From an uncultured Gammaproteobacteria bacterium (GTDB taxonomy: Bacteria; Patescibacteriota; Microgenomatia; UBA8517): a DNA stretch of 64,000 bases. Below are positions 44,768-54,833 of this stretch, piece by piece; positions within the stretch are counted from its first letter, which is position 1, and every line of letters starts with the position of its first letter. The translations under genes and the position numbers were made by a program. The stretch is taken from assembly GCA_964599625.1 (NCBI GenBank), contig CAZRGC010000005.1:10462-74461 (forward strand), read 5' to 3'. The notes beneath the pieces are model-generated. The model did not search any database and had not been told where the DNA came from. It saw nothing but the letters and a program-made list of their open reading frames with translations.

Positions 44768-44800
44768 TTACCATATGGTAATCCCCCCCCAGGGGGGTTG
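44768..44800. promoter_or_regulatory. candidate CsoR operator: CCATATGG palindrome + C8-A-G6 inverted repeat
   Basis: GC-tract inverted repeat typical of CsoR operators, located in csoR-copA promoter and upstream of divergent gene. Confidence 0.5.
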
Positions 44801-44806
44801 TCAAGA

Positions 44807-45790
44807 ATGAATCAATTTTTACTTGCTTTCATAACAGGACTCACAAGCGGAGGTATCTCATGCGTTGCAGTACAAGGTGGACTTTTGGCAGCAACCATTG
44901 CAGATTCGGGTAAATCAAAAAATAAAGCAACACTTCTTTTTTTAATTGCAAAGACTTTAGCTTACACAGTTCTTGGCGGATTTCTTGGACTATTCGGAGC
45001 CAGCATTGTATTCTCCCCCACCATCCAAGGTTGGTTTCAAATATTGGTTGGCCTTTTTATGGTTGCTACGGCAGGCAGACTATTAAACATTCATCCCTTG
45101 TTTAGGTATCTTGTTATCCAACCACCGGTAAAGTTTCTTAGAGTTCTATCCAAAGTTTCCAAAGATTCTTCAATCCTAACACCTATTCTTTTGGGATTTC
45201 TTACTGTTCTTGTGCCTTGTGGTGTCACACAAGCAATGATGATTTATGCAGTAGGATCAGGATCCATAGTTAATGGCGCACTTACAATGTTTGCTTTTGT
45301 ACTGGGAACTTTTCCCGTGTTTTTCCTCTTTGGTCTTGCTTCGGTGGAAATATTTAAAAATAAATTGTTAACGGTTTTTGCTTCAATTGTTATTTTGTAT
45401 ATAGGACTCCTGTCAATTAACTCAGGTCAAATCCTAAGAGGTTCTGTACACACATTCCAAAATTACTGGAAAGTTATAGCAGGATCTACTATTGTTCCCG
45501 GAAAAATTAAAATCGAAAACGGCTATCAAATTGTAAAAATCGACGTCTTCTCCAAAGGGTATAAGGCCGACACAAATACGCTTAAACTTGGAGTTCCGGT
45601 TAAATTAACTCTGGTAACCAATAATGTGCTCAGTTGCGCAAGGGCTTTTGTCATTCCCTCGTTGGGAATTTCTAAAGTTCTTCCCGTTACCGGTAGCGTT
45701 GATGTAGAGTTCACACCAACAAAAGAAGGAATACTTACCTATACATGCAGTATGGGAATGTATACAGGTAGTTTTAATGTAATAAAATAA
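44807..45790 (+). CDS. multi-TM membrane protein with C-terminal cupredoxin-like domain (copper-handling candidate)
   Basis: about 6 TM helices then beta-rich tail with TYTCSMGMYTG; start set at ATG 44807 because ORF-track start 44765 would translate the operator. Confidence 0.45.
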   Translation: MNQFLLAFITGLTSGGISCVAVQGGLLAATIADSGKSKNKATLLFLIAKTLAYTVLGGFLGLFGASIVFSPTIQGWFQILVGLFMVATAGRLLNIHPLFRYLVIQPPVKFLRVLSKVSKDSSILTPILLGFLTVLVPCGVTQAMMIYAVGSGSIVNGALTMFAFVLGTFPVFFLFGLASVEIFKNKLLTVFASIVILYIGLLSINSGQILRGSVHTFQNYWKVIAGSTIVPGKIKIENGYQIVKIDVFSKGYKADTNTLKLGVPVKLTLVTNNVLSCARAFVIPSLGISKVLPVTGSVDVEFTPTKEGILTYTCSMGMYTGSFNVIK

Positions 45791-45800
45791 CAGAGTAAAA

Positions 45801-45992
45801 ATGGATAAAAAAGTTTACAAACTAAAAGGTATGGATTGTGCTTCTTGCGCTTCGTTGTTGGAAATGGACCTGGAAGATGCAGGGATAAAGGCAAAATGCA
45901 GTTATCCAAAAGAAACTTTGGAGGTAGATTCAAATGCAGATCTTAAAAAAGTTGAGTCTATTGTTAAATCTTCAGGTTTCACTCTAAGTTAA
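45801..45992 (+). CDS. copZ: HMA-domain copper chaperone
   Basis: GMDCASCA metal-binding motif, 63 aa. Confidence 0.85.
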   Translation: MDKKVYKLKGMDCASCASLLEMDLEDAGIKAKCSYPKETLEVDSNADLKKVESIVKSSGFTLS

Positions 45993-46921
45993 GCTCCACA
46001 GCTTCCGCCGGTTGGTCGCCCTGGCAATGGCCCCACCTTGCTGGAGATATCAGAACTTCCCGAAGCAGAAGAAAAATCATTCCCCAGAACTTTCTTTGCA
46101 TCAACCTTGTCCCATTCAATTCCTTGCCTATCAAAATAGATAGCCGCACTTATATAGCTGTCGGGAAACCAAACAGAGTTTAATTTTAATGCATTTTTAT
46201 AAATCTCATCATCGCTCATGTTTTGAGAAACCATAAGCTCTATTGCTGCAAGCATTGCCATGCCGTGATTGCAATCAGGAAACCATGTGGAATTGCCACA
46301 GCAGGGCCTATAAATGTTTTTGGAAATTTCCGAAACTCTTTTCTGCTGATCAGGAGTAAGCGGAATCAAGTCAAATTTGTTTAAATATTTTAATGGATCA
46401 CCTTTTGCCAGAGTCCACCCCCCGGTTGATGCAAAATTGCCGACTTCACTTTTGTAGTCAGTGCCCAATGGGCCCAAATCGTAAACTTCTGATTTTTGTG
46501 CAAGTCCCAATGCCCACAAAAAATCCACAACAAATTGGCTGTTGTCTGGGTTTATGTTTATCTCACTACCGGAGCCTTTGGTTAGAATATTTTTCTGCTC
46601 TTCACTCAAGCTCACAGCTTCTTCAAACTTTTTCTGATCAATAACGCCCAATTCAATAAGCTTGGGTCCGAAGTCTCCCCAGGATATCGGCAAAGTAAAT
46701 CCTGATTTAGGAACAACAATTTCCGAAATTTTGTTAACTTTAGCCTCTTCTTGTTGATTTTTAGTTGCAAGTAGGTTTGTTTGAATTTTGCTCCACATGC
46801 CCGGAATCCCCATTCCCAAAACCATACCTCCAAGGCCCAGCCCAAGAAGTCCAAAAACCAGTACTAACTTTTTTGCAAAACTTATTTCGTTTTCTCTTTT
46901 TTCTTTCTTGATTTCGTCCAT
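45989..46921 (-). CDS. membrane-anchored hypothetical protein with CCG...CNH cysteine motif
   Basis: N-terminal TM LVLVFGLLGLGLGGMVLGMGI; RPCCGNSTWFPDCNHGMAML. Confidence 0.5.
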   Translation of the reverse strand: MDEIKKEKRENEISFAKKLVLVFGLLGLGLGGMVLGMGIPGMWSKIQTNLLATKNQQEEAKVNKISEIVVPKSGFTLPISWGDFGPKLIELGVIDQKKFEEAVSLSEEQKNILTKGSGSEININPDNSQFVVDFLWALGLAQKSEVYDLGPLGTDYKSEVGNFASTGGWTLAKGDPLKYLNKFDLIPLTPDQQKRVSEISKNIYRPCCGNSTWFPDCNHGMAMLAAIELMVSQNMSDDEIYKNALKLNSVWFPDSYISAAIYFDRQGIEWDKVDAKKVLGNDFSSASGSSDISSKVGPLPGRPTGGSCGA

Positions 46922-47010
46922 ATCGTAAGATTACAACAGCATTCTACTTACTTTTACCTTAAAACAGTAACAAACCGGCTACAAAATCTGCAACCGGGTT
47001 GTCATCGAAC

Positions 47011-47679
47011 TTACTGAGACTTTTTGGCTAACTGTATGCCAAGGGTTAACGCTGAAAGTGCGATAGCTACATAAGACAATGCCTTACTGCCTCCGTTAGC
47101 TCCAGTCGATGGGGCTGGGCTAGCAAGAGTAGCTAAATCGTTTATAACCTTCGTAGTTGAGTATGGTCTCGGGGCATTGTGGTCGTCAGACATAGCACCA
47201 CCCTCTTTTGGAGGGTTATTTTTGGTGTACTCCGCAATCACCTCGGGACTATTCTCCCATGCAACCACATCACCGTCGCCATATGTTTGGTATGCTTTCC
47301 AAACTATAGTCGTTGCTTCAGCTGGTGCCATAGCACTAAATACGAACTCATCTCTTTGTTCAGCGGGGATTCGCCCACCGGACCAAATAACCTCTGTAAC
47401 ACGAGCTTCGTCACCCTCTCCAACTTTTTTGAGTTGAATATTCCAACCCACCTTAACATTAGGTCTTACACTCGTAACACCCTCTGGTATAACAAGCCGG
47501 ACCATCACGGTCGGAACTTCTTCTTCAGTCGGAACACTAACTACAAAGTTGAGCCTTTGACCAACACCAGCTTCACCAGGCTTAATTGTTACATGGGCCA
47601 AAGCTGGAGTTGCCGACAAAAGCATTCCAAAGACTGCTATTAAAACACCAATTATATTTTTTTTCATATTTATCACCAC
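47011..47679 (-). CDS. YcnI-like (DUF1775) copper-binding protein
   Basis: signal peptide then mature N-terminal His (AHVTIKPGEA), W..YQ.YGDG..V.W core, C-terminal TM anchor. Confidence 0.75.
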   Translation of the reverse strand: MVINMKKNIIGVLIAVFGMLLSATPALAHVTIKPGEAGVGQRLNFVVSVPTEEEVPTVMVRLVIPEGVTSVRPNVKVGWNIQLKKVGEGDEARVTEVIWSGGRIPAEQRDEFVFSAMAPAEATTIVWKAYQTYGDGDVVAWENSPEVIAEYTKNNPPKEGGAMSDDHNAPRPYSTTKVINDLATLASPAPSTGANGGSKALSYVAIALSALTLGIQLAKKSQ

Positions 47680-47687
47680 CCTCCTAA

Positions 47688-48071
47688 TTATACAAACTTG
47701 TTGAAAACTTGACTAAATACTATGTCAGGGGGATCTCTTGTTCTTTCTCGATAATCTGTGTAAAACGGTTTTAAATAAGCCCCACTCCCCCAGTGTATTA
47801 AATTTATCTCGACACTTGGCAAATCAAAGACTGGTAACAAATTAGTAGCCAAAACCTGACAACACATATGTTGATTTTTATCGCCCGAAGCCATTTGGTG
47901 TCCTTGCATCAGTGATAACTTCAATGGAAACAAGTGCACACCAATCGCAAGGAAAAACAATGCCACAGAAAACAATTTAAAGTTCAACACTCTTCTAAAT
48001 TTGATGGCAATCAATAAACAGACAGCCGCCTGTATGACAAATGGTGATATGTGCGAACTGTGTTCGTTCAT
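47688..48071 (-). CDS. hypothetical membrane protein (127 aa)
   Basis: 2 TM helices; HMCCQ motif. Confidence 0.45.
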   Translation of the reverse strand: MNEHSSHISPFVIQAAVCLLIAIKFRRVLNFKLFSVALFFLAIGVHLFPLKLSLMQGHQMASGDKNQHMCCQVLATNLLPVFDLPSVEINLIHWGSGAYLKPFYTDYRERTRDPPDIVFSQVFNKFV

Positions 48072-48098
48072 TAAATGTTGTTATTAACCCAAACTTTG

Positions 48099-49109
48099 TT
48101 AGTTTTTACCAACACTCTTTTTTACTGACAATTTTGTTATATATACCAAAATTATGCCTACCAAAATAGTCACTACTATATAAATTGAATCTCGATTAAC
48201 TATCCTCATGTTGAAATCCGTTGGATTTGTTTCTTTCTCGTCTTTGTCTTTATTTGCAATTTTTAAAAAGGAGTCAACGTAAAAACCATTTTTGTCTATA
48301 ACTCGCAACGTAACGTCATACAAGAAGTAATCATCCTTAAAAACATTCGTCACTTCGGCACCAACCTTTGGTTTGTCATCATACTCATCAAATAGCCATA
48401 TATATTTGACTACCTCTGCCGAACCAGATGTTTTTGAAGCGTCAAAATTGACTTTCCTGGGTGTCTTAAACCATTTATTATGGCTATAAATTTCGACAAT
48501 CGCTGCAGATTGTTCTAGAATACCCAATTTATTTTTCACTAGTGTGTTTATATTTGCACCATCGACGAATACCACAGGCTTAGGCAGATCGTATGATGTT
48601 TCAGGAGTTATGTGTATTAAAATTAACTGATTTTGAGGTGGTATCGCAGACGGGTCGTTTACGCTAACCCCGAATCTATTGAGGTCGCTATATTCAATTT
48701 TAACATTAATCTCAAACGACCCCTGCTTAGAATAAGTGTGCTCAACCTTTAATCCTTCTGCAACTGTTCCATCACCAAAATCCCATATATATCTTCCCTG
48801 ATCAGTGACTTCTTTAGGGAACGGTAATTGTGTAGGATCAGCCTCAAAAATAATTTTCTGATTAATTAAGTATTTTTTTGGAGCGGCATCTGAAGGTATT
48901 GGTTCGTCGCCAATATACGAACCTTCTGACAATGTGTATATTGTTGTAAGTTCACCATCAATTTTTATAAAAGGTTTGCCTCTAAAGTGGGCAAGGGTGT
49001 TTTTTGTTAAAAATACCGACAAGGTTAACAGTATTAAAAAAGATAAAAAACATCTACCGATTTTATTCAAAATATTTTTGTAAGATATTTTTCCAATCAC
49101 ATCTATCAT
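48099..49109 (-). CDS. secreted PKD-domain protein with C-terminal TM anchor
   Basis: PKD signature WDFGDGTVAEG...HTY; signal peptide; C-terminal IYIVVTILVGIILVYI. Confidence 0.6.
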   Translation of the reverse strand: MIDVIGKISYKNILNKIGRCFLSFLILLTLSVFLTKNTLAHFRGKPFIKIDGELTTIYTLSEGSYIGDEPIPSDAAPKKYLINQKIIFEADPTQLPFPKEVTDQGRYIWDFGDGTVAEGLKVEHTYSKQGSFEINVKIEYSDLNRFGVSVNDPSAIPPQNQLILIHITPETSYDLPKPVVFVDGANINTLVKNKLGILEQSAAIVEIYSHNKWFKTPRKVNFDASKTSGSAEVVKYIWLFDEYDDKPKVGAEVTNVFKDDYFLYDVTLRVIDKNGFYVDSFLKIANKDKDEKETNPTDFNMRIVNRDSIYIVVTILVGIILVYITKLSVKKSVGKN

Positions 49110-49696
49110 TTTGTTTTTTTATTCCCATGCCGCCTATTGATTAAAACATTGGCGGCAATTATCAGAAATATAAACCCAACTATTGATAATGCAGTATATG
49201 TTCCATCAGACTCTTGCTTGTTATTTGTGTTGTCAATTACCTTTTCTGATACCCTATCAACTCTTATGTCCCATTCCAAACTAAATGGATCAAATGTGTT
49301 TTCTTCCATGGGTTTTCCAACTACGCGCACCTTATACATGGCTTTTGCCGGAAACACGAATGAGAAACTTGCATTTTCCAATCCTGTGGCCATGCCGTTT
49401 TGAAAAACTGGCGCTGAAAATAATTCCTTTCCGTTTTGTAGGACCACACCAACACAGTCACAGTTATCTGATTTGAGTTTATTTTTTTTGTCTTTAAGAT
49501 CAAAATAAAAATCTGTGGATTCACCTGCAATTGGATCATCTTCGGGCGAAACATGAATCACCGCACCTATGGAACCGTGTGTTTTTAAAACATGGGCGTA
49601 AATTTTGTCAGTTGAAATACCAAAAACAAACAAAAAAACGGCAATAAACATCAAGAGCTTCGAAAAATTTGACCGATCTAAAAACCTGTTTTTCAT
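49106..49696 (-). CDS. secreted hypothetical protein with mature N-terminal His (CopC/YcnI-like?) and C-terminal TM anchor
   Basis: signal peptide ...KIYA/HVLKTHGS; C-terminal LSIVGFIFLIIAANVLI. Confidence 0.45.
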   Translation of the reverse strand: MKNRFLDRSNFSKLLMFIAVFLFVFGISTDKIYAHVLKTHGSIGAVIHVSPEDDPIAGESTDFYFDLKDKKNKLKSDNCDCVGVVLQNGKELFSAPVFQNGMATGLENASFSFVFPAKAMYKVRVVGKPMEENTFDPFSLEWDIRVDRVSEKVIDNTNNKQESDGTYTALSIVGFIFLIIAANVLINRRHGNKKTK

Positions 49697-49705
49697 GAAA
49701 AATAT

Positions 49706-51271
49706 TTAGTCAATTTTAACTGTAAAATCACTAGTAAACAACTTGTTGTCGGGGTTAAACTGGGCAAAAACTCTATATGTACCGGGCTTGATTGAGCCAT
49801 ATAATCCAAGTGGCATAAATTCAACATCGGGGCCGCCGTTCTGGTCGGGAAATGGAGTGTTTAGATCATTCGGGTGGACATGAACATAGTCAAACGTCTC
49901 TGCATTTATCATGACAACATGACCATATGCGGTAAGGTATGGTTTAAGTGTAACAACTGGACTTTTTGTCTTAGAGTCTTTTATTGTGTATTTCAAAAGC
50001 TGTTGGCCAATCGAGACTTGTGAAGATCTTAGTGGTTTTGGATAGTTGAGTGTAACGTCATAGTCTCCGAATGTTTTAGTTAATTCTACGTCTGGCTTTG
50101 CGCTAGACTTTTTTGCTTCACCAATATTGCCAACATTTAGGGTGAATGCTATTTGTTGTTCGATAGCTCCAAATGGCTGAAAATCAACATAAAGGTGGTA
50201 TTTTCCAGTTTTTTGGAACCGTGTATTAATTGTGAATGTATTTCCTTTTTGCTCGGGGTGAATATGGCTAAAAGTTTGCAATTCTTCATCAACGATAATC
50301 AAATGAACCACTTTATCGTATACTCTGTTGAAAAGCACAACCTCATTGCCACTACTGGCATCGTACACTTGGAATTCCAGTTTCGTGTCCTGATTAATAC
50401 GAATATTTGCTGGTTTGTTGAAACTTAACGTATAACGCTTTGTTTTGTCACCTTGCAGCCCTGGTATTTTTATCTTACTGTTTGTCCCACCACCCTGCTG
50501 GGCCTCTTTTGCTAACTGGATATGTTGAGAGTGAATCCCAAACGATATGCCATTCTCACCTGGAACTGGCAGAAAAAAGTAAATTAGTCCGGCGAATATA
50601 GATCCCAAAACCAAGACAGTGGCGTAACTAAACTTCGCCTCAACTTTAAACCTTTCTTTTAGCCAGGTGTCAATTCTTAAACTCTCAAGGAAAAGTAAAA
50701 AAGCAAGGCCTATAAAACTTACTTGTGGGACAAATCTAAACAAATCCTGAAAATGAGTCCCCAACATTAAGGCGTGAATAATAATCAAAACACCTGCCAG
50801 GTAAATAAATCTGTGAATGGCTTTCCATCTCTTGAATCCCAACCTCTGGATCATTGCGTCAAATGCGGTTGCCGCCATTGCGGTCATTATTAAGAGTGCC
50901 GTAAAAGCTATAGATATAGCAATTAAGTACCTGTCACTCAAAAAACCCAAACCATTAAAGCCACCAAGTTGGAAAAAGAAAGCTAAGCATGCATGCAAAA
51001 GACCAAAGTAAAAAGCGGATATGCCAAGCGCCCTGCGGGATTTAATATATTCACCTCTGTATGGAAGCTGTTTAAAATACCTGGTCAGAGGAGTTGCTAA
51101 AAGTGTTATGTAAAGAAAAAACAAAGCAGTCAGTGCATAAATCTGTGTAAGTTTTATTATCTGGATAGAGCCGGAGGGTATGGTGGTTTTCACAAACATA
51201 AAAACCCCCAATGAAAAGGTAAAAGAAATAAGAAGTATCCAAAAACGTATATTACCTTTCAGATCTTTCAT
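49706..51271 (-). CDS. ferric reductase-like transmembrane domain protein with extracytoplasmic C-terminal beta domain
   Basis: six TM helices with paired His (LHACLAFF, IHALMLGTHF); start at MKDLKGN (ORF extends to 51340). Confidence 0.55.
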   Translation of the reverse strand: MKDLKGNIRFWILLISFTFSLGVFMFVKTTIPSGSIQIIKLTQIYALTALFFLYITLLATPLTRYFKQLPYRGEYIKSRRALGISAFYFGLLHACLAFFFQLGGFNGLGFLSDRYLIAISIAFTALLIMTAMAATAFDAMIQRLGFKRWKAIHRFIYLAGVLIIIHALMLGTHFQDLFRFVPQVSFIGLAFLLFLESLRIDTWLKERFKVEAKFSYATVLVLGSIFAGLIYFFLPVPGENGISFGIHSQHIQLAKEAQQGGGTNSKIKIPGLQGDKTKRYTLSFNKPANIRINQDTKLEFQVYDASSGNEVVLFNRVYDKVVHLIIVDEELQTFSHIHPEQKGNTFTINTRFQKTGKYHLYVDFQPFGAIEQQIAFTLNVGNIGEAKKSSAKPDVELTKTFGDYDVTLNYPKPLRSSQVSIGQQLLKYTIKDSKTKSPVVTLKPYLTAYGHVVMINAETFDYVHVHPNDLNTPFPDQNGGPDVEFMPLGLYGSIKPGTYRVFAQFNPDNKLFTSDFTVKID

Positions 51272-51502
51272 TACTTTTTTATTTTTTTGGCTAAAAGATG
51301 AAGTGTATTCTTCATAGCCTCTTCTCTTGTCTGCCCCCAAGCCTTTGCTGCCTTTTCAAATGTAGCAACTGTAATATTATCCTGGTTTCCCATGTTGTCA
51401 TCGGGGTTGTCGCATCCGCAGTTGTAACACATATTTAATTCTACTTTATATATTCTATATGTTGAATATGATTAATGTAGCAAGGAGATTATCAACGAAA
51501 TG

Positions 51503-52273
51503 TTAAATAGTTTCAAGAAGCTTTTTTATATCTTCTGACCTTCTCTTTAAGATTTCTTTAATGATTTCTTTGGCCTTTTTCAAAGATTCCGAAATCATTT
51601 TGTCGTCAGTCGCCACGTCCAAACATTCTATTTTTTTCTGAATTTCAAAAGCACTCAAAGTGCCCAGCCTTTTTTCCAGGTCCATTACCAATTTTTCTTC
51701 CAAGGTTTGTTTTTTCATGAAGAGTGCTTCGCTACTTCCTCCATACAACTCTTGCAAATGGCTTATTACCCCTTCTCCACTACTTTCGTCGTTTATTTCA
51801 TCTCCCGGAAAAGCGAAATTCCTCATCATTCCCAATATTCCGGTGTTGAACCTTTCGAAACCTTTTTTTAAATTCAGGATCGTCTTTTCGAAATTTTCAC
51901 CTTGTCTTGCATTCTCCACTAAAAGTGCCGTCGTTTCCCAATCATGTGCATCTTCACTCCCCAGTACTCCAAAAATATTTCCCAAAACTATCAAACCTCT
52001 CTCGTGGGCGGGTAGAACCAGGGACTTTCCAAAAAGAACGTGTGACATACTCCCTTCACCCATCAGGCTTTCAGCCATTTTCCCAACGGCATTCATCATG
52101 ACTTTTTCCATAGCAGAACCGGCTGCCTCGTCCAAACCTAGCTGGCTTCTCATATTTGTCATCAAAACAGCCTTTGTAGCCTTGTTCCAACTTCCCTGAA
52201 CTGCGGCAATCGCCATAGTTGTAGCCACCAAACTATCACTTTTTTCCCTATTTTCGGTCAAAAATCTTTCCAT
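51503..52273 (-). CDS. hypothetical protein (256 aa)
   Basis: ORF. Confidence 0.5.
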   Translation of the reverse strand: MERFLTENREKSDSLVATTMAIAAVQGSWNKATKAVLMTNMRSQLGLDEAAGSAMEKVMMNAVGKMAESLMGEGSMSHVLFGKSLVLPAHERGLIVLGNIFGVLGSEDAHDWETTALLVENARQGENFEKTILNLKKGFERFNTGILGMMRNFAFPGDEINDESSGEGVISHLQELYGGSSEALFMKKQTLEEKLVMDLEKRLGTLSAFEIQKKIECLDVATDDKMISESLKKAKEIIKEILKRRSEDIKKLLETI

Positions 52274-52313
52274 GGGGAAGAATTATAACACGGAGTTTTG
52301 AAATTGAGGCAAG

Positions 52314-53564
52314 TTACACCCTACCCCGAAGCATCATAGCGTCTATTATCCGTTTGAGTGATAAATAGTTTGCAGCCCGTCTGTAGGAAATTCTTTTGGC
52401 CTTTTTAACTTTGTCGATATCGTTAAATGCTTTTGTTATTGTTGCCTTGAGTTCGTCGTTAACCTGAGTTTTTGTCCAATAATAACCGTGAAGATTTTGA
52501 ACCCATTCAAAATAACTCACCGTTACCCCACCTGAGTTAGCCAATATGTCAGGTATTACGTCAATTCCCTTTTCAAACAAATAATGATCAGCTTCGCTTG
52601 TTGTTGGGCCGTTTGCCATTTCAAATACAACTTTTGCGGAAATATTTTCCATATTATCCTCATTGATTGCGTTTTCCAGTGCAGCAGGAACTAAGACGTC
52701 GACTGGAAGTTCCAAGAGTTCAGAGTTTGATATCAAGCCAAGCTTTTCCTTTTTGGCGGCGGCCACAAAACTTCCGTATTTCTCTTTTAATGCAAGCAGT
52801 TTGTCTATATTAAGGCCTTTTTTGTCATATACGCCGGTGCTTGAGTCCGAAATTGCAACCACTTTATATCCCAAGGTGGTAGCTAATTTTGCAAACCAAA
52901 AACCTACGTTTCCAAAACCTTGAATAGCAATAGTAGCCCCTTTCTTGATACCGTTCGCTTTTGCGTATGCCCCAAGTACAAACACCCCACCTTGTCCGGT
53001 CGCCTCTGTTCTACCTAATGACCCCCCCAATTCAAGGGGTTTGCCTGTAAAAGTCCCCGGCGCTTGATAGCCGACCTTTTTCTCGTAGGCTTCAAGCATC
53101 CAAGACATTATCTGTCCGTCAGTATTAACATCAGGTGCGGGTACATCTTTCCATGGTCCAATGTAAGGAGTTATAAGTTTGGCATACTCGGTTGAAAGAT
53201 CTTTTAGTTCAGATTGCGTCAGTTTTGAAGGATCAACTATAACCCCACCTTTTCCTCCTCCGTATGGAATTCCCGCAACCGAACACTTAAGACTCATTAA
53301 AGTTGCAAGGGCCCTAACCTCGTCCTCGCTTACGTTCTGGTGAAATCTTATTCCACCCTTAAACGGACCCCTTGCATCGTTATGTTCAATTCTAAATGCC
53401 TTGTAGGTTTTTTTACCTGCCTTAATCTTACCTTTAACTACTCTTTGGGGAGTTAAAACCATTTCAATCGCCTTTTTGAGTCTCTTTTTGTCCGAATAGT
53501 CTTCCTCAAGAAGTGTCGAGGTGTTTTTTATCTGATCCAGTGCCGCCTTGAGCATTGCGTTCAT
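52314..53564 (-). CDS. gdhA: Glu/Leu/Phe/Val dehydrogenase (glutamate dehydrogenase)
   Basis: KGGIRFHQNVSEDEVRALATLMSLKCSVAGIPYGGGKGG catalytic motif; Rossmann GFGNVG. Confidence 0.9.
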   Translation of the reverse strand: MNAMLKAALDQIKNTSTLLEEDYSDKKRLKKAIEMVLTPQRVVKGKIKAGKKTYKAFRIEHNDARGPFKGGIRFHQNVSEDEVRALATLMSLKCSVAGIPYGGGKGGVIVDPSKLTQSELKDLSTEYAKLITPYIGPWKDVPAPDVNTDGQIMSWMLEAYEKKVGYQAPGTFTGKPLELGGSLGRTEATGQGGVFVLGAYAKANGIKKGATIAIQGFGNVGFWFAKLATTLGYKVVAISDSSTGVYDKKGLNIDKLLALKEKYGSFVAAAKKEKLGLISNSELLELPVDVLVPAALENAINEDNMENISAKVVFEMANGPTTSEADHYLFEKGIDVIPDILANSGGVTVSYFEWVQNLHGYYWTKTQVNDELKATITKAFNDIDKVKKAKRISYRRAANYLSLKRIIDAMMLRGRV

Positions 53565-53591
53565 AGTACTGCGATACTACATCATTAAAAA

Positions 53592-54131
53592 TTAAATGAA
53601 AAGGCCTATTATCAAATTTATAACAACCATGATTACCCAATAAATTTTCGACTGTTCAAACGTCATTTTTATCGGGAAGGTGTTAAGCCAATTATCAAAA
53701 CTTCCAGTGTCCACAATATCGATTATCTGGTCTACCAAAAGGTGAATTGAGAAAGAAAACACCAACCCCCTGCCAAATAGCGACCCCGAAGAGCTCATTA
53801 TCCAAAAGGTAAGAATTACAAAAAGAACTTGAAAAAAAACAGTGTGGAAAATTAAATTTTTCCTTTCGTTTCTTGTGTCATATAAAAGCGATATTGCCCT
53901 TACAAGTTCTTTTTTGTCTGCCAAATAGTTGACTCTTTTGGAGGTGAGTTCATTGGGTTTGGTGTAAATGTATATCAAATGGTCCAAATCCGGCAGAAAC
54001 AGTCCAAAAAGTCCACCCAACCAAAAAGGTAAATAAGGCAAGGTGAAGTGTCTGTGAATCACCGCAAAAAACAAAGACAATGCAAACCAGTAAACAAAGT
54101 GTGTAAGTATTTCTTTTCTAATGGCAGTCAT
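53592..54131 (-). CDS. hypothetical integral membrane protein (179 aa)
   Basis: 5-6 TM helices. Confidence 0.5.
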   Translation of the reverse strand: MTAIRKEILTHFVYWFALSLFFAVIHRHFTLPYLPFWLGGLFGLFLPDLDHLIYIYTKPNELTSKRVNYLADKKELVRAISLLYDTRNERKNLIFHTVFFQVLFVILTFWIMSSSGSLFGRGLVFSFSIHLLVDQIIDIVDTGSFDNWLNTFPIKMTFEQSKIYWVIMVVINLIIGLFI

Positions 54132-54156
54132 ACTTAACTAAAGTATATATCATCAG

Positions 54157-54543
54157 TTAAGAAAATTGGATTTTGTTTGCGACCATTTCCAAATATTCTG
54201 GTGCAAGTTTCAACTCCTTTAGAACCTCATTACCAGGGCGGAACCTGAAAGCTTCAATATCAAAAGAGAAATCATCATCGAATTTAACACCCTCACCCTC
54301 TAATAAAGCTTTTTGCTCATTGGCAGAAAACCGTGAGGCCTTAATCGAAACATAACCTTTGTTGTTTACAACCCTCCACCATGGAATGTTTGTCTCGACA
54401 CCCAAACCTCTCAATATCCAACCAACTTGCCTGGCCGCTCTTGGTGCTCCTACAAGAAGTGCAACCTGCCCGTAACTGGCAACCTTACCAAAAGGTATAC
54501 GGGAAACAACCAACATGACCCTTTGCTTAAATTCCGAAATCAT
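54157..54543 (-). CDS. atl: alkyltransferase-like protein (MGMT family DNA-binding domain, Trp replaces active-site Cys)
   Basis: IPWWRVVNNKGY instead of PCHRV; 128 aa. Confidence 0.7.
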   Translation of the reverse strand: MISEFKQRVMLVVSRIPFGKVASYGQVALLVGAPRAARQVGWILRGLGVETNIPWWRVVNNKGYVSIKASRFSANEQKALLEGEGVKFDDDFSFDIEAFRFRPGNEVLKELKLAPEYLEMVANKIQFS

Positions 54544-54833
54544 TTAGAAGTACGCTCCTCTTGAGTATTCCCCTTCTCGGCTTTCAGCTGAGAAAGTTTC
54601 CACATGAATAGCCTACCTTTAGACCTTGCGTTTTGAGCATCCTTTACAAAACTTCTGGCTTTTTCCAATAGAACCCTGGGGGTAGATTTGGCCAATCTCA
54701 TATATAAAGATTTATGTGCCAAGTCCCCCAGCTCCTCTGCTAATTCGTAGGCATATTTCTGAAACTCCCTGGATATATATTTGTCAGTATCATCCAGTTT
54801 GAATTTATTAACTATATCTCCAATTTTTTGCAT
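54540..54833 (-). CDS. hypothetical protein (97 aa)
   Basis: ORF overlapping neighbours by 4 and 22 nt. Confidence 0.45.
   Translation of the reverse strand: MQKIGDIVNKFKLDDTDKYISREFQKYAYELAEELGDLAHKSLYMRLAKSTPRVLLEKARSFVKDAQNARSKGRLFMWKLSQLKAEKGNTQEERTSK

Noticed and set aside
44765-44806. ORF-track start at 44765 for the cupredoxin-fusion membrane protein (MLPYGNPPPGGLSRM...)
   Set aside because: The first 14 codons would be encoded by the CCATATGG / C8-A-G6 operator-like palindrome 12 nt from the csoR start. The ATG at 44807 (MNQFLLAF...) begins the hydrophobic domain and is more plausible.
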